Sequence record: OL631479.1
Source: Escherichia phage ECML-10
Length of the DNA: 64,000 nt
Strand: one strand, 5' to 3'
How positions within the stretch are numbered: the stretch's first letter is position 1; every line of letters begins with the position of its first letter. The translations under genes were made by a program, and so were the position numbers. Below the pieces are notes generated by a model. The model worked only from the letters and a program-made list of their open reading frames with translations, had not been told where the DNA came from and ran no database searches. Positions 8,465 through 17,333 of this stretch are shown here, in pieces.

Positions 8465-9226
8465 ATGAAGATACATTTCTTTTTTAATGATCACTATCCT
8501 TATTGGTACAAGGATGGTGATCTAATCTTTTGGAAACCTGGCTACAGTAGGAATGGAAATAGGGCTGGACACTACAACAAAAAGACTGGATATTTCCAAG
8601 TGTACAATAAGCTGACAAATGTTAAACGTGGCAGACATAGGGAAATTTTTGACATGTTTTACGGATGTGTCACAGATACTTGGCATATCGATCATATCGT
8701 CTCTAAGAAAAATTCTACTAACGGAGTGCCTGTAGACAAGATAGAAAACCTTCAAATGTTGAAGCCTTGGGATAACTACTGTAAGAGAGCCTTGGAAAAT
8801 GTGCAAAGCAATAACACCTCTACAGTGACTGGTGTGGTATGGCTGAAAAGAGAGGGTAAGTGGAGGGCAAGTAGAAGGATAAATAGGGTAAATGTTAGGT
8901 TGGGAGATTTTGACACTTTCGAAGAGGCTAAGTCTAGGGTTGAATGGTCAATAGCCAACCCGGAAGAGGCTTTAAAGATAGTTCCAAACCCGCACAAGAA
9001 TAATATCCTGCCAGGTATTGATTGGTCTAAGAAAGATACCTGTTGGAGGGCACGAGATAACAAAGGAAGAAACTTAAGATGCTTCAACGACAGGAAGTGG
9101 CTAAATCCGTGGTGGGAGGCAGTTTGTGCAAGAAAGTCTTGGGAAGTAAACTGTCTCTACGGAGGGATGTCACTAACTGAGTGGAAGTTATCCAGAGGCT
9201 ATCCAAGACCTTGTGTTGAGGATTGA
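8465..9226 (+). CDS. HNH homing endonuclease with AP2-like DNA-binding domain
   Basis: HIDHIVSKKNSTNG...NLQML HNH motif; GVVWLKREGKWRASRRINRVNVRLGDFDTFEEA AP2-like. Confidence 0.75.
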   Translation: MKIHFFFNDHYPYWYKDGDLIFWKPGYSRNGNRAGHYNKKTGYFQVYNKLTNVKRGRHREIFDMFYGCVTDTWHIDHIVSKKNSTNGVPVDKIENLQMLKPWDNYCKRALENVQSNNTSTVTGVVWLKREGKWRASRRINRVNVRLGDFDTFEEAKSRVEWSIANPEEALKIVPNPHKNNILPGIDWSKKDTCWRARDNKGRNLRCFNDRKWLNPWWEAVCARKSWEVNCLYGGMSLTEWKLSRGYPRPCVED

Positions 9227-9289
9227 TCATTGACATAACCACACGGACGTGGTACTGTTACCTCATAAAATGTTTGAGGGGGTTTAACC

Positions 9290-9496
9290 ATGAAAGATTT
9301 TCTGTTGGCAATTTTGTTCATGGCGGCATGTCTGGCCTGTGGTGTCGTGTTTGCAGGTGAAACAGCGTATCTTGTCGATGTATATCGTGACAATGGTAAA
9401 CGTATTTGCCTTTATGAGACAAGCCAAGGTGAGCTCTACGAGCTTGTGAAACAAGGTGAGGCAGGTTCCTGCCCTCGCACCAATTTCTTTGAATGA
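9290..9496 (+). CDS. small protein with N-terminal hydrophobic signal-like segment
   Basis: SD GAGGGGG; MKDFLLAILFMAACLACGVVFAG hydrophobic N-terminus. Confidence 0.45.
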   Translation: MKDFLLAILFMAACLACGVVFAGETAYLVDVYRDNGKRICLYETSQGELYELVKQGEAGSCPRTNFFE

Positions 9497-9506
9497 GGGA
9501 GAACAC

Positions 9507-9971
9507 GTGGAAGACGGACGTTTAATGAAGTCTGAACGAAGGCTTATTGTGCAACTGATCCCAGAAACAGCTTGGTATAATAACCTCCGAAACGCTGTGA
9601 AGAAGAGTGAGTGGGATAAGATCCGCAAGAAGTGCTATAGAGAAGCCAACTACACCTGTGAGGTGTGCGGCGGTAAAGGCAGCAAACACCCAGTGGAGTG
9701 TCATGAACTTTACACTTTCGAAGAGGGAGTGATCCGGCTTGTCGGACTGATAGCACTGTGCCCGGATTGTCACACATCGGTGCATCCTGGGTTAGCAAAT
9801 ATCCGTGGAAAGTATGCTCAGGCAGTTAATCAGTTGGCTAAGGTGAATAAGATCACCAAGAGTATGGCAGAGGCGTATTACCGAGACTGCTTTGCAGAGT
9901 GGCGTGAGCTTAGTAAAGTTCCAGAATGGAAGACTGACTTTTCGTGGATAGAGGGTTACCTTGATGGCTAA
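9507..9971 (+). CDS. HNH-like zinc-finger nuclease, putative
   Basis: Start moved to GTG 9507 (SD GAGGGAG); CEVCGG...H...CPDCH Cys/His cluster. Confidence 0.5.
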   Translation: MEDGRLMKSERRLIVQLIPETAWYNNLRNAVKKSEWDKIRKKCYREANYTCEVCGGKGSKHPVECHELYTFEEGVIRLVGLIALCPDCHTSVHPGLANIRGKYAQAVNQLAKVNKITKSMAEAYYRDCFAEWRELSKVPEWKTDFSWIEGYLDG

Positions 9972-10254
9972 GAGACCTGTAAAAGAGAAATTCGATAAGA
10001 CAGCTTTTGTATTCGATACACCTCTGGACGACATCATTAGAGGTATGCAATCATTGTATCGGAAGGCTGAATCTGAGCAGCTGTCGGAATCAGAACTTTA
10101 CTGGCTCGGTTGGTGGGAGTTAAACCTGCCTAAAGCTGAAAGTTCTTCTCTGAGAACTGTTAAAACGTGCGCCCAAGAAAACGCTGCACTTGGAATCTAC
10201 CACAAAAGGAAAAGATCAACAAAAAGCTCTCCAAGAAAGACTAAAAAGTCTTGA
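9964..10254 (+). CDS. hypothetical protein
   Basis: ORF track; ATG 9964 overlaps upstream stop. Confidence 0.45.
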   Translation: MAKRPVKEKFDKTAFVFDTPLDDIIRGMQSLYRKAESEQLSESELYWLGWWELNLPKAESSSLRTVKTCAQENAALGIYHKRKRSTKSSPRKTKKS

Positions 10255-10280
10255 CAAAAGTGTTATTAATCTGATATTAT
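10251..10280 (+). promoter_or_regulatory. sigma70-type promoter (TTGACA-18-TATTAT)
   Basis: -35 at 10251-10256, -10 at 10275-10280, AT-rich context, 34 nt before gene start. Confidence 0.5.
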
Positions 10281-10313
10281 CGGTCAGATATCTATAAACT
10301 AGGAGAACTAGAT

Positions 10314-10622
10314 ATGCTTAAAATTTTTATTGTTGAAGATAAAGATATTGTCCAGTTGTATGCAAACGAGAATCATAAAGGTATGATTCTGAAGAAGGCA
10401 AGCAACCTTCATGAAAACACAATTCAACCTGGCGATGTAATTAAGATCTGTGGTTATATGATACCAGACTCCTTGATGAAAATAACCCACCACTGGGGGT
10501 CTAATCCGTTCCTTTTTGAAAAGTATTGGGATGTTGAGTCACTTATTGCAGAGAGTGATGATGCATTCCATTACAGCATCCAACCATCTTGCAGAATAAC
10601 TAACAGGAGGGTCTTTGAGTAG
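10314..10622 (+). CDS. hypothetical protein (102 aa)
   Basis: ORF track; SD AGGAGAA. Confidence 0.5.
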   Translation: MLKIFIVEDKDIVQLYANENHKGMILKKASNLHENTIQPGDVIKICGYMIPDSLMKITHHWGSNPFLFEKYWDVESLIAESDDAFHYSIQPSCRITNRRVFE

Positions 10623-11754
10623 AGAATATCCACTTATTGAGTCCATAGATTGTCTGGCTGATCTTCTTGAACCTGACGCTATAGTTTATTATGACTTCGA
10701 TCAGGTTGCATATCAAGCTGCAGCAAGTTGTGAAAAAAGGACAATTGAGGTAACACACAAAGCCTCCGGACGTAAGAAGATGTTTAAAACACGAACAGAG
10801 TTCTGGGGGCGGCAGAAGAACACAGTTGGTGGTTGGTTAAAAGCTGAGAATACCAACCGTGAAGCTGCATGTAAAAAGGCTGGCAAGGAGTTTATTCCGT
10901 GGACACGAGAAGATTTCGATGTCTTGGATATCCAAACCCCTGATCCTGTAGAGAACTGCTTGCACACAATTAAGTGTAAAGCGAATGCAGTCCTTAATTA
11001 TCTCGGTATTCCGGAAGATCGGTGCGTGGGGGTACTTGGAGGCACAGGTAATTTCAGACTAGATCTTCCCATGCCGGAAAGATATAAAGCCAACCGTAAC
11101 AATACTCTTCGACCACTGCTGCTTGGAGATGCAAGACAGTATCTCCAAAAGCAGTATAATGCTCAAGTGATCAACGGTATCGAGGCTGACGACTGGTTAG
11201 CTATCCAGCAATTTGAAGGTTGGAACCACTACCAAAAAACAGGTAAGTTCAACAAGTTTATTATCTCTATTGATAAGGACCAAAGAACACTGCCGGGGCT
11301 TGTGTTCGATCCCATGCGAAACGATAAGGGAGATTTTGTAAGGGAAACCCCTATGCTGATCGATAACGGTATGGGGAACATCTTCATGAAGCCTAATGGA
11401 GAGGTTGGTGGTTACGGAATGCTGTTCTTCGGATACCAAATGCTGTGTGGTGACTCTGCCGACAATATCAAGCCGTATCAAGGACTTATCGGTAAGGGTA
11501 AGTTCGGGGATGCCTCAGCATTCTACCTACTGTCTCAGTGCAGCACTCCAAAGGAGATGTGGGTGGCTATTATTGATCAGTACAAGAAGTGGTTCCCGAA
11601 AGGTGTTGTTAAGTATACTGACTTCAATGGTGTTGATCGTAGAATTTCCGTAGGTCAATGGATGAGTATAATTTTTGACTGTTTGTATATGAAGCGAACA
11701 TTCAATGATCAAACAAAACTTGTTAACGTTCTTAGAAATGTTGGAGCAATTTGA
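10615..11754 (+). CDS. 5'-3' exonuclease / flap endonuclease (T5 D15-like)
   Basis: GIEADDWLAIQ, SIDKDQ, LCGDSADNIKPYQGLIGKGKFG match FEN motifs; TTG start with SD AGGAGG. Confidence 0.65.
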   Translation: MSREYPLIESIDCLADLLEPDAIVYYDFDQVAYQAAASCEKRTIEVTHKASGRKKMFKTRTEFWGRQKNTVGGWLKAENTNREAACKKAGKEFIPWTREDFDVLDIQTPDPVENCLHTIKCKANAVLNYLGIPEDRCVGVLGGTGNFRLDLPMPERYKANRNNTLRPLLLGDARQYLQKQYNAQVINGIEADDWLAIQQFEGWNHYQKTGKFNKFIISIDKDQRTLPGLVFDPMRNDKGDFVRETPMLIDNGMGNIFMKPNGEVGGYGMLFFGYQMLCGDSADNIKPYQGLIGKGKFGDASAFYLLSQCSTPKEMWVAIIDQYKKWFPKGVVKYTDFNGVDRRISVGQWMSIIFDCLYMKRTFNDQTKLVNVLRNVGAI

Positions 11755-12086
11755 TGACTAAAAATTCTGTAGATAGTGCAATTATGGAAGCTGTTTTTGA
11801 GGATGATCATACAACAGGGACACTTAAAACAAAAAATACATTCGTTGTTGCCACAGGTATGTGGCGGTTGTATGAAGATGACACCATTTCATACATCCTG
11901 TACACTGATGATTACGCAGATGACCGTGTATGGTCTGCTGTTTTAAAAGAGGATTGTGAACTGATTGAGGGCGAGCGGTTATGCATGTTCCCCAGTGTGG
12001 AAACAGATGTTAAGCTTTGCTCTCTCGTCTTGTTCAAAGATAAGGCTTATGCTCCTGATGAAGGAGAGGAGGATGAGGAAGTATGA
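11754..12086 (+). CDS. hypothetical acidic protein
   Basis: ORF track; ATG 11754. Confidence 0.5.
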   Translation: MTKNSVDSAIMEAVFEDDHTTGTLKTKNTFVVATGMWRLYEDDTISYILYTDDYADDRVWSAVLKEDCELIEGERLCMFPSVETDVKLCSLVLFKDKAYAPDEGEEDEEV

Positions 12087-12712
12087 GAGAGCGTCTATTA
12101 TCCATAGACCAGTCGTTGACACACACAGCTTGCGTTGTATGGGACGATGGAAAGCCTGTTCATAAGGTTGTGTTACGAACTCAAAGCTCATCTGCAAAAG
12201 AGAAGAAACCAGGGACGGTTTCTTTTGCAACAGCTGCTGAGCGTATTGACTGGATCTGCAAACAGGTCAGATATTATATCCACACGCACGGAGTTGACAC
12301 CGTGGTTATGGAAGGACTTTCCTTCGGATCTCGCGGGGATGCCACACGTGAACTGGCTGGGTTGTTTTACGGTCTCGAAGTTATGCTTTGGGATGCTTTA
12401 GCTGATTGTGAAAATGACGGCCTGTTTAAGGTTCACACAGTGACACCAACAACTGCCAAAAAGTTTGCTCGTAGTCATCTTCCTGAAGAACTTGCTTTTG
12501 AGGAGAAGAAAAAGCTTGACAAAAAGACAGGTAAAGAGCATACTGTGAAGAAACCTGTTACGATGGATAAAAAGTTGATGGTTAAGGCCTGCGAAGTATC
12601 TGAACCAGGGTTCCTAGATGGGATCAATTTGGTACAAGGTAAGGCCGATCTCGCAGATGCTTATTGGATAGGCAGGGCGCATCTGGAGGGGTTATCGCAA
12701 AGCGTAAAATAA
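12083..12712 (+). CDS. RuvC-like Holliday junction resolvase
   Basis: LSIDQSLTHTACVV, VVMEGLSFGSRG, KADLADAYWIGRAHL match RuvC catalytic D/E/D-containing motifs. Confidence 0.6.
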   Translation: MRERLLSIDQSLTHTACVVWDDGKPVHKVVLRTQSSSAKEKKPGTVSFATAAERIDWICKQVRYYIHTHGVDTVVMEGLSFGSRGDATRELAGLFYGLEVMLWDALADCENDGLFKVHTVTPTTAKKFARSHLPEELAFEEKKKLDKKTGKEHTVKKPVTMDKKLMVKACEVSEPGFLDGINLVQGKADLADAYWIGRAHLEGLSQSVK

Positions 12713-13269
12713 GAAAGAAAGCTGTCAAAGCCCCCGTTCATAGCGGGTGGCTAAAAGATTCTAAGGACATAGCCAACTTTCGAAAAGAATTGTCAGAGGA
12801 GCAGGATGGTCTTGATCCGATCTTGTGCGAGCCACTTCGTAAGCCTTGTTTAGATCATGATCATCTGACTGGTCGTTGCAGGGGTGTTTTGTCTCAGTGC
12901 ACTAATACCTTTGAGGGGTATGTGCTTAAATACTGGATGAAATACTGTAACGAGTATACAGATTGCAGTTTATCAGAGGCGTTGCGCCGGATGGCTGACT
13001 ATCTGGAGAAAGACTACAGCGACTTCCCGCTCCACAAAAACTACAGAGATGATATGACAAAGTTCTTGAGGAGATGCTCTAAAGCTACGATTATTGCACG
13101 AGCAGAATCAGATCTCAATCTTGTCATTAATCCAGAGTGCACCAAGCATGAGGCTATTGAGTCCTACATGCAGGAGTTTATAAAGAAAACTGAGGAGAGA
13201 GATTTCTATGGGGATGAAAAAGGTATTCAATCCTTGCGACTCAGTCCTGATCAGGATGAAATACCGTAA
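12664..13269 (+). CDS. endonuclease VII-family nuclease (T4 gp49-like)
   Basis: CEPLRKPCLDHDHLTGRCRGVLSQCTN motif; start uncertain (no ATG; TTG at 12664 overlaps upstream gene). Confidence 0.6.
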   Translation: MDRQGASGGVIAKRKIRKKAVKAPVHSGWLKDSKDIANFRKELSEEQDGLDPILCEPLRKPCLDHDHLTGRCRGVLSQCTNTFEGYVLKYWMKYCNEYTDCSLSEALRRMADYLEKDYSDFPLHKNYRDDMTKFLRRCSKATIIARAESDLNLVINPECTKHEAIESYMQEFIKKTEERDFYGDEKGIQSLRLSPDQDEIP

Positions 13270-13429
13270 CTGGAAAGGTGTTGTTGCAGATCGCTGCGTT
13301 ACTGAGCCTAATTTATGGTTTGGCTCTACAGAGTATCATAAAGAAGAGCAGTGGTTGATGCATGCCTTTGATGTAGACAAGGGCGAATATCGTGACTTCG
13401 CTTTAAAAGACATTCTTCAGTTTTACTAA
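13208..13429 (+). CDS. hypothetical protein (73 aa)
   Basis: SD GAGGAGAGAG before ATG 13208; overlaps 3' end of upstream gene by 62 nt. Confidence 0.4.
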   Translation: MGMKKVFNPCDSVLIRMKYRNWKGVVADRCVTEPNLWFGSTEYHKEEQWLMHAFDVDKGEYRDFALKDILQFY

Positions 13430-13441
13430 GGAATTTTGACG

Positions 13442-14425
13442 ATGATGGCAAAGTTAACTCTTGAGCAAATTTTAACACTAAAGCAGCAGGGATACACTAA
13501 TAGACAAATTGCTCGTGAATTTTTAGGCCGTGAGTCACGTGAGAGTTGGATCCGACTACAGCTTAAACGTGCACAAGAGAATATGTCAGAGATTGTAGGA
13601 GAAGCAACGGAGCGCTTCCTTGAAGAACACAAAGGAGCTAAAGTTTGGGTGTATGATACAGAAACATCACCAACAAACGGCTGGTTCTTTGGGCACTATA
13701 AGACCAACATTCAAACCTGCGGTATTGAAATTATGCCCTATATGCTAACTTTCGCAGGTAAGTGGTTAGACAGTCCTAGTGTGGTTGACTGCGCTCTTCC
13801 CGATTACAAAATGTGGGATGAGGATATTCACAATGACCTCGAATTGATTCAGGACTTGTGGTATTATCTGGATAAATGTGATGTCGCAGTAGCCCACAAT
13901 TCAGGTTTTGACTGTGGGTGGGCAAACCAACGATTTGCATTTCACGGGTTGCCTCCAACAAGCCCATACAAAGAGGTTGACACCCTTAAAATGATCAAGA
14001 AGGCATTCCGTTTGAATGCAAACACTTTGGAGTATGCATGCAAATACTTCCAACTTGCCAGACAGAAACTGATTGACCACACATTTGAAATGTGGATCAA
14101 GTGTGTTCATGGTGATCTTGAGGCGTTTAAACAGATGCGGGAGTACAATGTTGGTGATATCCTATCTCTGGAAGGCCTGTATTTGCTGGCACGCCCGTTT
14201 GCTAAGCAGCACCCCAACATGTCATTGTACTACCAGGATGAGGAGCCAAAAGTTCGTTGCCCACGCTGCGGTGGAGAACACCTTCACGAGGAAGAAGCTT
14301 TGGCGTATACTCAACTGAGTGCATTTAAAACATATCGCTGCGAAGGTTGTGGATCTGTTGTTCGTGACCGTAACAACATCCGTACCAGAGAAGAAATGAA
14401 AAACACCCTGATTCAGATAATCTAA
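13442..14425 (+). CDS. DEDD-family 3'-5' exonuclease with C-terminal zinc ribbon
   Basis: VYDTETS and AHNSGFD exonuclease motifs; CPRCGG...CEGCG; start moved to ATG 13442. Confidence 0.7.
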   Translation: MMAKLTLEQILTLKQQGYTNRQIAREFLGRESRESWIRLQLKRAQENMSEIVGEATERFLEEHKGAKVWVYDTETSPTNGWFFGHYKTNIQTCGIEIMPYMLTFAGKWLDSPSVVDCALPDYKMWDEDIHNDLELIQDLWYYLDKCDVAVAHNSGFDCGWANQRFAFHGLPPTSPYKEVDTLKMIKKAFRLNANTLEYACKYFQLARQKLIDHTFEMWIKCVHGDLEAFKQMREYNVGDILSLEGLYLLARPFAKQHPNMSLYYQDEEPKVRCPRCGGEHLHEEEALAYTQLSAFKTYRCEGCGSVVRDRNNIRTREEMKNTLIQII

Positions 14426-14434
14426 TCAAGTATA

Positions 14435-14458
14435 GGGAGGCTTGCGCCTCCCTTTTCC
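14435..14458 (+). terminator. rho-independent terminator
   Basis: GGGAGGC-TTGC-GCCTCCC followed by TTTTCCTTTT. Confidence 0.6.
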
Positions 14459-14471
14459 TTTTGGAGGCACT

Positions 14472-15290
14472 TTGAGCAAGAAAGAGTCCAACGACAAATA
14501 TTACACAAACCCTGAGTATGCAGAATATCTTGTTGGTAAAGTAAAAGATAAGTATGGAAATTGTGCATACGTTGAGCCTTCTGCTGGAAGGGGTTCTTTT
14601 TCAAAACTATTTTCAGAGATACTGTCTTACGATCTAGTACCAGATCCTGAATTTGAAGGACCAACACCGTGCATTCAGGCAAACTTCTTGGAGGTGCATC
14701 CCAAGGCAGATGTCTTCATAGGTAACCCACCATTTGGCAAGAATTCATCTTTAGCTTGCAAATTCTTTAACCATTGTGCATCATTGCTAGAGCTTGGAGG
14801 GGCTATAGCCTTCATCTTGCCACGGACATTTGAAAAAATATTTTTTGCAAACAAACTGGACATGTCGATGCACCTTGTCTACAGTGAAAGGTGCCCTAAG
14901 AACTCGTTTCTACTTAATGGCAAACCTTATGACGTGCCGTGTGTTTTCCAAATTTGGGAGAAAAAGGCGTGCAACAGGGATCCTGTAGAGATTGGGGAGA
15001 ATAAGTTATTTTCTTTTAGCACTCCAGATGACTACGACTTCTGTGTAAGACGTGTTGGGTATAATGCTGGAAAAGTATTGGGGGAGGATGACCCAAAATC
15101 TGAAGAATCAACATATTTCATAAAATCTTTAGTTGACGGTGTTGACAGAGTGTTTGCTGAATGCTATTCTTCTTTTCAAGAAGAAGCAGGTAAGACTGCC
15201 GGAATGAAGAGTATAGGTAAGAAAGAACTACAATACATTTTGGAGACTAGGTATGATCAAAAGCATAGACTTGACCAAAGAACTTACTGA
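14472..15290 (+). CDS. DNA N6-adenine methyltransferase
   Basis: Motif I VEPSAGRGSF, motif IV GNPPFG, YYTNPE; start set to TTG 14472 (SD GGAGG) because track start lies inside the terminator hairpin. Confidence 0.65.
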   Translation: MSKKESNDKYYTNPEYAEYLVGKVKDKYGNCAYVEPSAGRGSFSKLFSEILSYDLVPDPEFEGPTPCIQANFLEVHPKADVFIGNPPFGKNSSLACKFFNHCASLLELGGAIAFILPRTFEKIFFANKLDMSMHLVYSERCPKNSFLLNGKPYDVPCVFQIWEKKACNRDPVEIGENKLFSFSTPDDYDFCVRRVGYNAGKVLGEDDPKSEESTYFIKSLVDGVDRVFAECYSSFQEEAGKTAGMKSIGKKELQYILETRYDQKHRLDQRTY

Positions 15291-15711
15291 TGCAAAAGCT
15301 TTTGGTGAGACAGCGGTACAAAGGGGGCAGGCGATGGGACTGGCACTACCTTTCGTATTAAAAGAGCACTTTACAGATTTTCAACTTATCAAGGGTGATA
15401 AGGGAATGCTTATCCTGGAGCATAAGTTGAGTAAGAAACGCTATAAAGTTGTTTTTAATTCTAAAGCTCCAACAAAACTGGGATTCAGAACTTACAATCT
15501 TAACCCATCCTACACTAAGGGTGTTGGAAGGGTAGAACAACAGCATTTCAGTGCCAGAGCTTCTTTAGCCCCTTTGATGCTAAATTTCTCAGGGGTGGCT
15601 TTAGGATACCTTGATAAGAAAAGAGTTCTTCATGTCCGTTTCACAGACTTTGTAACGCTTCTAGCCAACAACGAGGTTGATGAAAAGGGACGTGTAAAAA
15701 CAAACTTCTAA
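15253..15711 (+). CDS. hypothetical protein (152 aa)
   Basis: ORF track; SD GGAGA. Confidence 0.5.
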   Translation: MIKSIDLTKELTDAKAFGETAVQRGQAMGLALPFVLKEHFTDFQLIKGDKGMLILEHKLSKKRYKVVFNSKAPTKLGFRTYNLNPSYTKGVGRVEQQHFSARASLAPLMLNFSGVALGYLDKKRVLHVRFTDFVTLLANNEVDEKGRVKTNF

Positions 15712-15738
15712 TAACGCATAGTATGATTGGAGAACGCA

Positions 15739-15930
15739 ATGACACTAAAGTTAACAATTCCAGACAGCTTTTCAGAAGACTTTATCCCAGAAATGATGGG
15801 TAAGATGCGATCATTGCTTGATCAGATCGAGGAAGCTGTTTGGGAAGACGATGCTGTAGTGGCTAACGAGCTGGTAGATAAGTGTAAAAGTATTATTGAT
15901 GCAGTTGAAGAATACCACGGAGGTTTTTGA
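15739..15930 (+). CDS. hypothetical acidic protein
   Basis: Start moved to ATG 15739 (SD GGAGAA). Confidence 0.45.
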   Translation: MTLKLTIPDSFSEDFIPEMMGKMRSLLDQIEEAVWEDDAVVANELVDKCKSIIDAVEEYHGGF

Positions 15931-16544
15931 TGGATATTATTGTTCTTAACGCCCCACCCAGCAGTGGTAAGGATCACATTGCAGATCTCTTGTTGGAAGC
16001 TATTCCTAACTCACACCACCGTGAGGTTAAGGAGATGCTCTTCAGTGTGGCAATTAAGGCAGCTGGTGTAACTCCTCAACTCTGGAATGCACTTTATGAC
16101 CGCCACTACAAAGAAGAGCCTTGCCCTTTCTTAATGATAGACGGCAAGCATGTTTCTCCGCGAGAATGGATGATCCATTGTAGTGAAAATCTGATTAAAC
16201 CTATCTTTGGTGAAGATGCTTTCGGTAAAGCCGCAGTCGCATCTTTGAAGAAAGATTTCCCTAAAGGTAAAGGGGTTGTTGTTTACTCCGATGGTGGATT
16301 CAAAGAGGAGCTGGCATGCCTTAGCGAGTACGCGTACAGCACAGGTGGAGATCTGTTGTTGTTCCGTATTCACCGTGTCGGATATGACTGGGGAAATGAT
16401 TCCAGAACCTATCTAAGTCTGGAAAAGAACGGAATAAAAGGAATTGAGTTCGATGTTGTAAACCCTGAAGGTGCACCTTGGGAATGTGCATCGGAGATTG
16501 TGTGCAAGTATATTGATGCTAAAGAGGCCCAAGAAGAATGTTAA
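15930..16544 (+). CDS. dNMP kinase-like P-loop protein
   Basis: NAPPSSGKDHIADLL resembles T4 gp1 dNMP kinase P-loop; ATGA overlap with upstream gene. Confidence 0.45.
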   Translation: MDIIVLNAPPSSGKDHIADLLLEAIPNSHHREVKEMLFSVAIKAAGVTPQLWNALYDRHYKEEPCPFLMIDGKHVSPREWMIHCSENLIKPIFGEDAFGKAAVASLKKDFPKGKGVVVYSDGGFKEELACLSEYAYSTGGDLLLFRIHRVGYDWGNDSRTYLSLEKNGIKGIEFDVVNPEGAPWECASEIVCKYIDAKEAQEEC

Positions 16545-17131
16545 TCGGTATTGATGTAGATTTGACACTGGTAGATTCAGGAACAGCATGGTGGGAGTGG
16601 TTGGAGCGTTTATATGGTCCAGCCAGTAAGACAGTCACTAAACCTTCTAATGGGTTAATGTATTACGATCTGTCAAAGTATTGGCCTGATCGCCCCAAAG
16701 AAAACATCATAGGGCCTTTTGATTTCTGGAGTGACCCGTTCCTCTACGACTTTCTTAAGCCTGAAGAGGGGGCTATTGAGGTTATGAAAGATTTGGTGGC
16801 TCGTGGTCACAAGCTTGCATTTATCTCGGTATGCAAGAAAGGTCACCTTGCATCTAAATCAAGGTTCTTAAAGCGTTGGACTAGTGATTTTATGGATCTG
16901 GACGATCACACCCAGGGTCACGGCTTCTACGCCACGCATTTCAAGGGAAATGTGGCTGTAGATGTTATAATTGACGACAGGCATGAATACCTGAACCAAT
17001 TCGCTTCACGCCCTGAAGTTATTAAAATCCTAAAAGATACGCCTTATGAGCAATTTGAGGAGTTAAAGGTTAGTGTTGACTATACCGCTAATAGCTGGTA
17101 TAAAATAGGAAAGTTTTTAGAAGGTATTTGA
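16538..17131 (+). CDS. HAD-family 5'-deoxyribonucleotidase-like phosphatase
   Basis: HAD motif I IGIDVDLTLVD; KLAFISV motif-II-like; C-terminal DDRHEYL. Confidence 0.6.
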   Translation: MLIGIDVDLTLVDSGTAWWEWLERLYGPASKTVTKPSNGLMYYDLSKYWPDRPKENIIGPFDFWSDPFLYDFLKPEEGAIEVMKDLVARGHKLAFISVCKKGHLASKSRFLKRWTSDFMDLDDHTQGHGFYATHFKGNVAVDVIIDDRHEYLNQFASRPEVIKILKDTPYEQFEELKVSVDYTANSWYKIGKFLEGI

Positions 17132-17132
17132 A

Positions 17133-17333
17133 ATGGGCAGATGTTCTAAAGGTGGCGATCCTGTAGTCAGATACGGTGACTGGCTAGAGGTGTATGATCT
17201 GGGAGGTAAGCTGGTGTATGCCTCCAGGATCACCCAAGACATGTGCTCCGATATGTTCAACAGATACCTTGCATTTAAGGCCAACATAAACCCAGACGAA
17301 ATTTCCAAAATTAAAACAAGGAGAGCTAAATAA
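17133..17333 (+). CDS. hypothetical protein (66 aa)
   Basis: ORF track; stop overlaps next start. Confidence 0.45.
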   Translation: MGRCSKGGDPVVRYGDWLEVYDLGGKLVYASRITQDMCSDMFNRYLAFKANINPDEISKIKTRRAK

